Assembly: GCA_934085825.1 (NCBI GenBank)
Contig: CAKOHR010000001.1
Coordinates: forward strand, 64,379 to 128,378
Source of the DNA: an uncultured Bacilli bacterium
Lineage (GTDB): Bacteria > Bacillota_I > Bacilli_A > RF39 > UBA660
DNA length: 64,000 nt
Reading direction: 5' to 3'
Shown here: piece by piece, positions 49,832 through 59,793 of the stretch
Layout of the letters: every line of letters starts with the position of its first letter
Numbering within the stretch: the stretch's first letter is position 1
Made by a program: the position numbers and the translations under genes
Notes under the pieces: model-generated
Database searches by the model: none
What the model was told of the DNA's origin: nothing
What the model saw: only the letters and a program-made list of their open reading frames with translations

Positions 49832-51778
49832 ATGAATAGTAGTAACAGAAAAAATATGATATTAAGTGGAGTAGCAATTACTCTTTTAGTTGCCTTAATT
49901 ATTGGAGCAACTTATGCCTATTTTGCAGCACAAACAGGTAACCCAGCATCAGCAGACATCAGAATAAATGCAAATACGGTTGATACATTAACATTTGCAA
50001 GTGGTGATCCAATATCCTTTAGTATTAATCAAGAAAATTTTGCTGAGGGTACTGGTAATCAAACAGGAAGTACATATGCAAGTGCAATACTTACGGCAAA
50101 TAATAAAACAAACACTGCGACAGAACATTATTATTTATATTTAAATATAGAAAATAATACATTTAATTATTCAATTAATAGTGACACTCCCGAAATAATA
50201 ATGACAATAACGGATAATGTTGGAAATGAAGTAACAGACTTAGTTGGGCTTACATATGTAACAGCAACTGGTGCTGATGGAAACCAAGTAAAAGGATATG
50301 ATATAACAAATAAAAATGGTTTATTTATATTATTTAGAGATAGAGAAATTACAACGACATCAACTAAAGAAGAAAGATGGAATGTAAAAGTAACATTTAT
50401 AAATTATAATGAGAATCAAGCAGCAAATGCTGGAAAAAGTATGAGTGCAAAATTAATAATTAGAAAAAATGAATTTAATTATAATATTTCTAAGGCGTGT
50501 AGTAATGGCGAAAAATTATCTGATTGCATAATTTCACTTAGTGAAAAAGATATAGCAGGTGCTACAAAAGTATATCACCATGATGCAAATCTTGCATATG
50601 GAGCCGGAGATAATTCATATAGGTTTGCTGGAGGAGGACATTCAGATTATTATGTATGTAAATATGATGGTAATGATGTGATGAATACAAATGGGGAAAA
50701 AACTCTACCTGAAGTAGATTGTTCAAATATTTACAAGGTGACATATGGAGCTGAGATTCAGTATGCAGATAATTCATATAGTACAGTTTTTATAAATAAG
50801 AAAACAGTAAATTGGGATAGTACAAATAGTAAATGTGTTACTTCATCAGGTGATGATGTTAAATCATATGAAAGTGGTACAGTAACACAAGATGCGTGTA
50901 CCGGAACAGCCTATTATGTGACAATTTACGGTGGATACTGGTTAGGAATAGAAGAGGTAGGCGCTGGAGAAGAAGTATTAGTCGGATATGCCGAAAGTGA
51001 AGTTAATAATTTTGTGTGTTTTGGTTCTAATGAAGCATTATGTCCAACAGATAACTTATACAGAATAATTGGAGTAATAGATGGCAAAGTAAAATTAATA
51101 AAATATGATTATGCAACTAGTAGCTTACTTGGAACAGATGGAGAATATGCCAAATATGGAGGAGAATATAGCAAATATTATAAAGGAAATTTAACAACAA
51201 TGGATTGGTATTACTGGAATAATGATAGTAACACTTGGAGTACTAGTTTACTAAATAAGACAAATTTAAACACAAATTTTATTAATAATATGGAAAATGA
51301 ATGGATAAAAAAAATCGCTACAACAATATGGAAGGTTGGTGGAAATTCATATCAAAAAATAAAATTAGCAATTCCAACAATAGCATATCAAAATGAAATT
51401 GTAAGCCCAGATCCAACAAGTACATCAACAACAGGAGAAACAGTATACACAGCCAAAATAGGATTGATGTACGCATCAGATTATGGATTTGCAGCAGGTC
51501 CGAGTGCATGGACAACAACTTTATGGGATTATGGTGAAAATGATGAATCTGGAAAATTGATAAGATATGAAAATTGGATGTTTATGGGATATAGAGAATG
51601 GACCATAACTCGTCGAAATGATAAGTATAGTGTGGCTTTGGTGGAACGTGATGGTAAATTTAATGACACGGGGTATGGAAATAGCTGTGCGGTTCGTCCT
51701 GTTTTCTTTTTAGAAAGTTCGGTTGCATACGCTAGTGGTGATGGAACTTTAGAAAATCCAATTCGCCTCGGGGATTAA
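49832..51778 (+). CDS. secreted protein with a TasA/camelysin-type (SipW-cognate) signal peptide; its C-terminal domain is shared with 22175..23353
   Basis: N-terminus MILSGVAITLLVALIIGATYAYFAAQTG matches the GxTxAYF class of SipW-processed signal peptides. C-terminal motifs (NLYRIIGVIDGKVKLIK, KIGLMYASDYGFAA, EWTITR, AVRPVFFLESSVAYASGDG..NP) are paralogous to 22175..23353. Confidence 0.75.
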   Translation: MNSSNRKNMILSGVAITLLVALIIGATYAYFAAQTGNPASADIRINANTVDTLTFASGDPISFSINQENFAEGTGNQTGSTYASAILTANNKTNTATEHYYLYLNIENNTFNYSINSDTPEIIMTITDNVGNEVTDLVGLTYVTATGADGNQVKGYDITNKNGLFILFRDREITTTSTKEERWNVKVTFINYNENQAANAGKSMSAKLIIRKNEFNYNISKACSNGEKLSDCIISLSEKDIAGATKVYHHDANLAYGAGDNSYRFAGGGHSDYYVCKYDGNDVMNTNGEKTLPEVDCSNIYKVTYGAEIQYADNSYSTVFINKKTVNWDSTNSKCVTSSGDDVKSYESGTVTQDACTGTAYYVTIYGGYWLGIEEVGAGEEVLVGYAESEVNNFVCFGSNEALCPTDNLYRIIGVIDGKVKLIKYDYATSSLLGTDGEYAKYGGEYSKYYKGNLTTMDWYYWNNDSNTWSTSLLNKTNLNTNFINNMENEWIKKIATTIWKVGGNSYQKIKLAIPTIAYQNEIVSPDPTSTSTTGETVYTAKIGLMYASDYGFAAGPSAWTTTLWDYGENDESGKLIRYENWMFMGYREWTITRRNDKYSVALVERDGKFNDTGYGNSCAVRPVFFLESSVAYASGDGTLENPIRLGD

Positions 51779-51837
51779 TGAAAAAATTAGATAAATAATT
51801 GCAAAAGATATTAAAAATGTAGGAAAATAACAAAAAA

Positions 51838-51861
51838 CACTTGTCAAAAGTGCTTTTTTTT
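51838..51861 (+). terminator. rho-independent terminator after 49832..51778
   Basis: cactt gtcaa aagtg hairpin plus T8. Confidence 0.5.
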
Positions 51862-51880
51862 GGTATTATTTAGTAGTCAT

Positions 51881-51957
51881 GGCGAGATAGCTCAGCTGGC
51901 TAGAGCATCCGGTTCATACCCGGCAGGTCGAGAGTTCGAATCTCCCTCTCGCTACCA
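51881..51957 (+). tRNA. tRNA-Met (anticodon CAT; could alternatively be the lysidine-modified tRNA-Ile2)
   Basis: GGCGAGATAGCTCAGCTGGCTAGAGC ... anticodon loop TTCATAC ... GGTCGAGAGTTCGAATCTCCC, with encoded CCA. Confidence 0.85.
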
Positions 51958-51983
51958 ATTTGAAATAAATATTTTTTTATATA

Positions 51984-52172
51984 AAAAAGAAACATTTGAT
52001 TTGGTCGTCCGATGTCATCTTTTACTGCTAATGATGTTTACTTGAATATTTATTATAACAAGTAAACATTTTTTTAATATTCCAAAAATTTTACTTATTA
52101 GACTCACCTCCATAAATAATTATTTAATGGGAAGTAATATAATTACTATTGGTAATAAAAATCAAATGTTTC
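51984..52172. repeat. nested-palindrome repeat element, copy 2 (expanded spacer)
   Basis: 5' arm aaaaaagaaacatttgattt (51984-52003). Inner hairpin gtttacttg (52036-52044) / caagtaaac (52059-52067) plus a T-run. 3' arm aaaatcaaatgtttc (52157-52172). Confidence 0.45.
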
Positions 52173-52235
52173 GAAAAATATTTTAACAAATAAATTGTAT
52201 TTAGTAAAGAAAAATTTACTATGTGGTAAATAAAA

Positions 52236-53853
52236 TTGTAAGTTCCCGTTTAAGTTAAAATGGGAATTAAGTCTTTAACAAAAGAAAATGAACATGATAT
52301 AATATGACTATTACCTTGGGGATAAGGCAACGCTGAGGAGCGACCTGAGCACTTGGTAATGCTATGCAAAAAGAAGCAAATCTTATATTCAAATGAGATG
52401 CTTCTCTTTTTTTGTTTCTTTTTTGCTAGCAATAATGCGTTAAACCTCGGGGTTTGGGGCAGAGCCCCATTTGCAATTTCATCTTATTTTTTGTAAAATA
52501 TACACTTGTGGTTTGTTTGTCAATCAGGGAGGAAAAAATATAATGACAACAAATTATGTTCATTTAAATAAAGAACAAAGAAGCACTATTGAATATTTAA
52601 TTAGTCAAGGTCATAATTTTACATACATAGCAAATGCAATTAAAGTGGATAGAACCACAATATCTAAAGAGATTAAAAGAAACAGATATGTTAAAAATAG
52701 TCCGTTTTCTGAATATAGTAAAACAGGCATTGAAAGAGCATCTAAATCTTGTGCAATTTTATCTAAACCACCATATTGTTGTAACAATTGTAAAAATAAA
52801 AGTTTTTGCACTAAAGCACATTTATATTATAATGCATCCAAGGCACAAAAACACTATGAACAACAGTTAGTTGAAACAAGACAAGGGTTAGATATTACTA
52901 AAGAGGAAATAGATGAAATAAATGAAATAAATAGAATAATTATTCCTTTAGTAAAGAATAAAAAGCAAAGTATTAATCAAGTATTTGCTAATCATTCTGA
53001 TATTTTAAATATGTCAAAGCCAACATTTTATAAAAACGTTGATTTACAAGTAATTATGCTTACTAATCTGGATTTGCCAAAGAAAGTAAAGTATAAAAAA
53101 AGAAAAGAAAACAATAACAAACAATAAAAAAAGCACTTGCTTTATCAATTGGAAGAACGTTTGAAGATTATGTTATAAAAATTGAAAAAGAAAAAAATTT
53201 AAATATATGGCAACTAGACACAGTTATTGAAAAAAATTCTGATAGCAAAGTATTAATGACTTTCTTATTTGTTAAAACCAACTATATGGTTATTAGATTA
53301 CTAGATAAAAAATGCATTGAATGTGTAGATAAGGAGTTTGACAAAATTAGAAACTCTTTTGGAAGCGATGGATACAAAAAATATGTTGAAGCAATTTTAA
53401 CTGATAATGGTACAGAGTTTTTTGATCCGATTCATTTAGAAAATGATTTAGACACTGGGGAAAAATTAACTTCACTTTATTATTGTCACCCGAATTCGCC
53501 GGAAGAAAAATCTGAAATAGAATGTAATCATAAATATATAAGATATTTTCTACCAAAATCATCTAGTTTTGAAACATTAACAAAAGAACAGGTCAAAGAA
53601 ATCGAAGACAACATCAACAATGTACCTAGAGAAATATTAGGAGATAAGTCTCCATATGAACTTACAAAGAAAATGTATCCAGAGTTAACTGAAATATTAG
53701 ATGCAAATTATATTGAGCCTGATGAAGTCACTTTAAATCCAGATGATATTTTCAAAAAAGATATCAAAACAAAAGAAGAAGATTAATTTCTCCTTCTTAG
53801 TTGGCAAACAAGCCACATTCAACAAAACATATAACATGTACGGGAACTTAGTT
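52236..53853 (+). mobile_element. IS30-family insertion sequence (boundaries approximate) inserted next to tRNA-Met
   Basis: Terminal inverted repeat core TAAGTTCCCGT at 52239-52249, with its reverse complement ACGGGAACTTA at 53840-53850. Encodes an IS30-type transposase. Confidence 0.55.
52543..53786 (+). pseudogene. IS30-family transposase interrupted by a frameshift in an A7 run (parts 52543..53127 and ~53118..53786)
   Basis: The N-terminal part MTTNYVHLNKEQRSTIEYLISQGHNFTYIANAIKVDRTTISKEIKRN is the IS30 HTH. After a frame change at 53126-53132, the DDE region (IWQLDTV ... LTDNGTEF) continues in another frame. Confidence 0.6.
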
Positions 53854-54105
53854 GTGAAAAGACAAAATTACGTACACTTTTTCACGTGTCATAAATTCCT
53901 TTACAGGTATTATTTTAACATATTTTTTTAAAATTGCTAGTATTTTTTATCAAAAAATGCTGATATTTTCTGAATTTTTATGGTTCTTTATAAAAAGTGG
54001 GAACTTTCAACTTAATTTTTCCAAAATTTACTATGCGCAACTAAAAGTTGATAGAGATTAGTTATTATATATTATAAAATTAGCTAAAGAAAAGGAGGTC
54101 TTCAT

Positions 54106-55020
54106 ATGAATTTCGGAGACAATTTAAAAAAATTAAGAACAAGTATAGGGATGTCACAAGAAAAACTAGCGGAAAAAGTTAATGTTTCAAGACAATCCGT
54201 AAGTAAATGGGAAACTGGTGATGCATATCCAGAAATGAATAATTTATTAGAACTATGTAAAATATTTCATTGTAAAATTAATGATTTAGTTAATGATAGT
54301 ATACTTGATGTAAATAATTTAGATGATGAAGTAAAAAGTAAGGTAATAAGTTTAAAAAAAGAAGAAAGTAAGAAAATGAAAATATTAAGTAAAATAATAT
54401 CTACATTTTCTAAAATAGGAAGAATTTTATGTTATGTTTCTATACCATTTGTTATACTTGCTATAATTATTATCCCATTTTTAGTAAGTGAATTAGAAGT
54501 TAAAAATAATGAAATTAGTATAAGCTCATCTGATAGTAAAATATCTATTTTGGATAAAGGTGATAAACTAGTGCTTAAAGCTGGTAATATAACTCTTGGT
54601 GAAACATCTAAAGATGTAGCTCAAACTAAAATAATTGATGTTTTAGAAAATAATAGTAAAGTTCTAGTTATAACTTATGTAGAAATAGGTTTTATTGTTT
54701 TAATTGTAACACTAGTTTTAATATCAATTATTCTAAAATGTTTAGAAACAATATTTAGAAATATAAATAAAGGTGATAATCCATTTACTTTAGAAAGTGT
54801 TCATCTTATTAAGAAAATGGCATACATGATGATTACAATAATTGTTATATCTAATCTCGGAGGTATGATATTTGAGATTTTACTTAACTCTGATTTAGAC
54901 ATGGAAATTGAAATTTTTGATTTAGTACAAATTTTATTCTTATTTAGTTTATCTTATATTTTTGAATATGGAAGGTTGTTAAGCATAGATAGAAATGCTA
55001 AGATATATGGAGATTTATAA
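54106..55020 (+). CDS. XRE-family helix-turn-helix regulator fused to a membrane domain
   Basis: LKKLRTSIGMSQEKLAEKVNVSRQSVSKWETG is an HTH_XRE. The C-terminal half has four TM helices. Confidence 0.65.
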   Translation: MNFGDNLKKLRTSIGMSQEKLAEKVNVSRQSVSKWETGDAYPEMNNLLELCKIFHCKINDLVNDSILDVNNLDDEVKSKVISLKKEESKKMKILSKIISTFSKIGRILCYVSIPFVILAIIIIPFLVSELEVKNNEISISSSDSKISILDKGDKLVLKAGNITLGETSKDVAQTKIIDVLENNSKVLVITYVEIGFIVLIVTLVLISIILKCLETIFRNINKGDNPFTLESVHLIKKMAYMMITIIVISNLGGMIFEILLNSDLDMEIEIFDLVQILFLFSLSYIFEYGRLLSIDRNAKIYGDL

Positions 55021-55271
55021 TGAATAAAGAAAAATTTATTGAAGAGTTATCTAATAAAACAAAACTTACAAAAGAAGAATCTTTAAAGGTGAATAATATA
55101 CTTGAAAATAATTTCTTTATAAGTAAAAAATATAAAGATAAAATAATAAGTGAAATAGTTATAAATTTAAATGTTAGTATTGATGAAGCCACTAGAATAT
55201 ATAATGAAGCAAAAGATATAATTGGAAGTGAAATAAAAAATAAATTAAAACATCCATTTAAAAAGAGATAG
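55020..55271 (+). CDS. small hypothetical protein co-transcribed with the XRE regulator
   Basis: 83 aa. Its start overlaps the upstream stop. Confidence 0.4.
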   Translation: MNKEKFIEELSNKTKLTKEESLKVNNILENNFFISKKYKDKIISEIVINLNVSIDEATRIYNEAKDIIGSEIKNKLKHPFKKR

Positions 55272-55293
55272 ATTTAAAAACTATCTCAATTTT

Positions 55294-57093
55294 TTATTCA
55301 ACAGTAACAGATTTAGCTAGGTTTCTAGGTTTATCTATATCACAACCATTACTTTTGGCAACTTCATATGCTAATAATTGAAGTGGAATTATGGTAAGAA
55401 TAGATTCTAAAATTGGATGAAGTTTTTTAATAACAATTATTTCATCATAAAAGTTTTCTTTTGGAATGTTATTTGTAACAAGTATTACATATGCTCCTCG
55501 TGCTTTAACTTCTTTAATGTTACTGATAGTTTTTTCGTTTAATTCTTCATCTGTTGAAATTGCAATTACTGGAGTATCTTTTTCTATCAATGAAATAGTT
55601 CCATGTTTTAATTCACCAGCTTGATAAGCTACACTATTAATATAAGATATTTCTTTTAATTTTAAAGAGGCTTCCATACAAAGCGCATAATCAATACCTC
55701 TACCTATGAAAAATATTTCTTTTTTATTAAATATTTGTTTTGCCACTTGTATGTACATTTCATTTTTAATTGTGTCTTTAATATATGTAGGCATTTTTGT
55801 AATTTCATCTTTTATTTTTACAAATTCCTTTTCGTTTATTAATTTATTATTATATCCTAGATAAATTGTTAGTAAACTAAATATGGCTAGTTGAGCTAAA
55901 TATGCTTTTGTTGTTGCTACCGCTATTTCAAATCCTGCTTTTATATAAATAGTATGATCGGCTTCGCGGGCAATGGATGAACCAATTACATTTACAATTG
56001 CCATAGTCGTAATACCATCTTCTTTAGCTTTTCTAAGAGCTGCAAGAGTATCTGCAGTTTCACCAGATTGGGAAACTAGTATGACTAGTGTGTCCTTGTC
56101 ATAAAAGCATTTTTTATATCGGTATTCGCTTGCTACTTCAACATTTACAGGAATATTTGCATAATTTTCAATTAGATATTTACCAACAACACCCGTATGA
56201 TATGCAGATCCACAAGCTACAATATCTATTTTTTTGAAATTTTTTATAAAACCAAAGTTTTTTTCTAAAGAGTTTATTGTACCATCAAAGTAATAATTAA
56301 TTGTATCATTAAATACTTTATCTTGTTCATTTATTTCTTTTAACATAAAATGTTCGAATCCAGCTTTTGTGGCAGCATCCATTGTGCCTTCAAAAGCTTT
56401 AATTTCTTTTTTTGCTTCATTTAAATCTTTGTCATATACTGTAATTTTGTTTTTATCAAGTTTTACTATGTCATATTCATCAAGTAGCATATATTTATTT
56501 GTAAAAGCAAGTATTGCTGGAACATCAGATGCTACATAGTATCCATCTTCACCTATGGCAGCGATCAATGGACTAGCACATCTTGTTGCATATAATTTGT
56601 CATCACCATCTACTAAAACTGCAAAAGCGTATGAGCCTCTAATTAATTTACTAGCTTCATGTAAAGTTTCTATCATATTTTGTTTTTCTTTGTATAAACT
56701 ATCGAGTAGGGCAGCTGCTACTTCGGTGTCTGTTTCACTTTTAAATTCGTAGCCTTTTTTTATTAGTTTGTCTTTTATTTCTATATAATTTTCAATAATT
56801 CCATTGTGTACTAAAGTAATGACTCCTGATTTATGAGGATGAGCATTAATTTTATTTGCTTCTCCATGGGTTGCCCATCTTGTATGACCAATTCCTAAAT
56901 TGGAATTGGCGTCCATATTAACAACGTCTTTTAAATTTTTTATTTTCCCTTTTTCTTTTATAATTTGTACTGTATTATTTTCTACGTAAGCAATACCAGC
57001 AGAATCGTACCCCCTGTATTCTAGAGCTTCTAAAGCTCCAATAAGTCTTGGAACACATTTTTTAGTTCCGTTATATCCAATAATTCCACACAT
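55294..57093 (-). CDS. glmS: glutamine--fructose-6-phosphate aminotransferase GlmS
   Basis: N-terminal MCGIIGY (Ntn Cys) and two SIS domains. 599 aa. Confidence 0.9.
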   Translation of the reverse strand: MCGIIGYNGTKKCVPRLIGALEALEYRGYDSAGIAYVENNTVQIIKEKGKIKNLKDVVNMDANSNLGIGHTRWATHGEANKINAHPHKSGVITLVHNGIIENYIEIKDKLIKKGYEFKSETDTEVAAALLDSLYKEKQNMIETLHEASKLIRGSYAFAVLVDGDDKLYATRCASPLIAAIGEDGYYVASDVPAILAFTNKYMLLDEYDIVKLDKNKITVYDKDLNEAKKEIKAFEGTMDAATKAGFEHFMLKEINEQDKVFNDTINYYFDGTINSLEKNFGFIKNFKKIDIVACGSAYHTGVVGKYLIENYANIPVNVEVASEYRYKKCFYDKDTLVILVSQSGETADTLAALRKAKEDGITTMAIVNVIGSSIAREADHTIYIKAGFEIAVATTKAYLAQLAIFSLLTIYLGYNNKLINEKEFVKIKDEITKMPTYIKDTIKNEMYIQVAKQIFNKKEIFFIGRGIDYALCMEASLKLKEISYINSVAYQAGELKHGTISLIEKDTPVIAISTDEELNEKTISNIKEVKARGAYVILVTNNIPKENFYDEIIVIKKLHPILESILTIIPLQLLAYEVAKSNGCDIDKPRNLAKSVTVE

Positions 57094-57099
57094 TTAAAA

Positions 57100-57248
57100 A
57101 ATCCTTTCTTTAATGTATGTGATATATTTTTTATTACAATGTTGATTTTGCTTTTTGTAATATATCTGACGATTATACAAACCGTGATGCATCCGCCGAA
57201 TGTTCGATAAACATCATCCTCGTTAACCTCAGGGGTCTGGCGCTAACA
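57100..57248 (-). ncRNA. glmS ribozyme (GlcN6P-dependent self-cleaving riboswitch) in the glmS leader
   Basis: The reverse complement reads ...TAGCGCCAGACCCCTGAGG...ACGAGGATGATGTTTATCGAACATTCGGCGGATGC..., matching the conserved glmS ribozyme core (AGCGCCAGA at the cleavage site; ACGAGGA..CGAA..TTCGGCGGATGC). Confidence 0.75.
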
Positions 57249-57441
57249 AATAATTTTACCTCCATCAATTATTTTGTTTTCATTTTCATTATAATATATG
57301 CAAAATAAAAAGTCAAAAAGTTTTATATTAATGTTTACAGCTAATTATAGATGGTAATTAATTAAAAAGAAATATTTTGAAGTTTTAGCAGGCTCTAGAC
57401 ACGTAACTTCATTTATTGTATAATTGATGTGGTGACGCAAA

Positions 57442-57993
57442 ATGGTTAAAGTTGAAGGTACTTTAGAAAAGAAAAATTCAAATAAGAAAAATACAAATTA
57501 TAGTAAGGAAGAATTAACAAGGACCTTAATTATGGGACTCGTTGGTTTAATTTTGGTTCTTATGCCAGAAGAGTTAAATAAAATTTTAGGTATTTTAGTC
57601 GGTGTGGTGTTATTGGTTATGGGACTTATTAATATTTATAATTATATTCAAAGCAAAGTTGGCTTTACGTCAAGTTTAGTAAGTGGAATTCTTTACACTC
57701 TTCTTGGTATTATTATTTTAATTTCTCCGGGATCTGTTGTAAGAAGTATTGCGATAGGTATTGGGATAGTTCTTGCAATAACTGGTTTATCTAAAGTAAA
57801 GATGTCTTTTACATTGAAAAGTATTAATACAAATTGGATAGGGACTTTAATAATTGGAATTATAATAACAATTTTAGGAATGATTTTAATATTTAATCCA
57901 TTTTCTGGCGACGCTATAACTAAATTTGCTGGTGCTTTTCTAGTAGTGGTTGCTATATTTGATTTAATTGATAATTATATTTTGCAAAAATAA
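57442..57993 (+). CDS. DUF308/HdeD-like membrane protein
   Basis: 183 aa with six TM helices and a repeated G(I/L)xxIxxG pattern. Confidence 0.5.
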   Translation: MVKVEGTLEKKNSNKKNTNYSKEELTRTLIMGLVGLILVLMPEELNKILGILVGVVLLVMGLINIYNYIQSKVGFTSSLVSGILYTLLGIIILISPGSVVRSIAIGIGIVLAITGLSKVKMSFTLKSINTNWIGTLIIGIIITILGMILIFNPFSGDAITKFAGAFLVVVAIFDLIDNYILQK

Positions 57994-58063
57994 CTGAAAA
58001 GTTATTTTTTTAAACTTTAAAAAATTAGTAATGTGTGATAAACTTATTATAGTGGTGAAGCGT

Positions 58064-59782
58064 ATGGATAGAATAACCTTTATATTAATAGCAGGTTTAG
58101 TATGGATAGTAACTATTATTTTGGTAATAGTTGTTTTGACGTTGATAAATAATAAAGAAAAGAAAAAATTGAAATTAGAAATAGAAAAGTTAGAAAAAGA
58201 AAAAAATATGGTTATTTCTGCTAGTATGTTATCAGAACTTAATAAAGTTGAAGCTCTAGTAAATAACGATGAAATGAGAGAAAAACTTGATGATTGGAAA
58301 AAGAGATTTAACGATATTAAAGATAAAGAAATGCCTAAGATTACTGAAACAATAAATGATATAGAAGAGTTATTTGAAGAAAAGAATTTTAAAGAGTTAA
58401 AGGGTTTAGTTTTAAAAGCAGATTTTGATTTAAATACTCTTAAAACTAAAGCATCTTTTTTACTTGATGAAATAAAAGATGTTACTTTAAGTGAAGAGAG
58501 AAATAGAGAAACAATTACTAAGTTAAAAGCTGAATATCGGGAAGTTCTTGGGACTTATAAAGAATTTGAGGATGAGTATGAAATTGTTAAGGTACCGTTA
58601 GAACTTCAATTTGAAAATGTTGATAAACTTTTTGCAGCTTTTGAAAGTTCAATGGAAGCAAATGCATATACGGAAGTTGGTAAAATTGTTAAAGCTATCG
58701 CGGATGTTATAAGTAATTTGAAAGTAATTATTGATGAAGCAAGACCTATCGTTATGCTTGGTAAAAATTTGATACCTAAAAAAGAGGATGATATTAAAAA
58801 TACTTTTGATAAAATGACTAGAGAAGGGTATAACCTTGAATATCTAAATATTGATGCTAATATTGAAGAAGCTAATAAAAAAATACAAGATATATTTCAA
58901 AGACTTAATGTGTTAAATGTTGAAGATTCACTTTTTGAACTTAAAACCATGCATGATTATTTTGACTCATTATATAGTGATTTTGATAAGGAAAGATATA
59001 GTAAGAAGATTTATGAGGATTATAGTAGAAGCATACTACTTAAAGCTACGAAATTAGAAAAAGTAAATAATGAAATTTATAAAAAAATTAGTGACATAAA
59101 GTATAGCTATGATTTATCTGATGATGAGGTAGCTGTTATTGCTGAAATAAAACAAGAAATTATGGAAATTAGAGCTAGTTATGATAAAGTTGTTGATACT
59201 GCAAGAAGTAGAATTTTAGCATATTCTAAGCTTGCAAGAGAAATGGAAATTATAAATTCTAAATTAATAAAGACTGAGGAAAAACTAAATGGAGCTTTAA
59301 AAACATTAGGTAGCTTAAAAGAAGATGAATTAAGGGCTCGTGAACAACTTGATGAAATAAAGAAAATTTTGTTTCAAACTAAGGAAAGAATTCGTTCGTA
59401 TAAACTGCCATGTGTTCCTAAAAATTATTATGTAGAACTGGCTGAAGCTATGGAAGCAATTAACGTACTTGTTCGTGAACTTGATAAAAGACCAATTTCT
59501 ATTAAAGTTCTTAACCTTCGTGTTGATACTGCGAGAGATTTGGTACTTAAAGTATACAATACTGTTAATGAAACTGTAAAAACTGCTAAGATGGCAGAAA
59601 CTGCAATTGTATATGGAAATAGATATCGTGTGGTAAATAAAGAAGTAGACTTTGGACTTGCAAAGGCAGAAGCTGCATTTGTTAAAGGTAATTTTAAAAA
59701 TAGTTTGGAAAATGCCATTAATGCCATAAATATTGTGGAACCTGGTATTCATAAAAAACTACTTGAAGAATCACAAAGTTAA
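58064..59782 (+). CDS. ezrA: septation ring formation regulator EzrA
   Basis: Single N-terminal TM helix followed by a ~540-aa coiled-coil. Lies upstream of the cysteine desulfurase and thiI, the conserved ezrA context. The start was chosen at MDRITF. Confidence 0.75.
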   Translation: MDRITFILIAGLVWIVTIILVIVVLTLINNKEKKKLKLEIEKLEKEKNMVISASMLSELNKVEALVNNDEMREKLDDWKKRFNDIKDKEMPKITETINDIEELFEEKNFKELKGLVLKADFDLNTLKTKASFLLDEIKDVTLSEERNRETITKLKAEYREVLGTYKEFEDEYEIVKVPLELQFENVDKLFAAFESSMEANAYTEVGKIVKAIADVISNLKVIIDEARPIVMLGKNLIPKKEDDIKNTFDKMTREGYNLEYLNIDANIEEANKKIQDIFQRLNVLNVEDSLFELKTMHDYFDSLYSDFDKERYSKKIYEDYSRSILLKATKLEKVNNEIYKKISDIKYSYDLSDDEVAVIAEIKQEIMEIRASYDKVVDTARSRILAYSKLAREMEIINSKLIKTEEKLNGALKTLGSLKEDELRAREQLDEIKKILFQTKERIRSYKLPCVPKNYYVELAEAMEAINVLVRELDKRPISIKVLNLRVDTARDLVLKVYNTVNETVKTAKMAETAIVYGNRYRVVNKEVDFGLAKAEAAFVKGNFKNSLENAINAINIVEPGIHKKLLEESQS

Positions 59783-59793
59783 GGAGGAAAATA

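Noticed and set aside
51860-52045. 61-aa ORF in the supplied track
   Set aside because: It overlaps the tRNA-Met gene and the repeat element on the same strand. It has no RBS and is a translation artefact.
52250-52432. 60-aa minus-strand ORF
   Set aside because: It lies inside the IS30 5' region antisense to the element, has no RBS, and overlaps a GC-rich hairpin.
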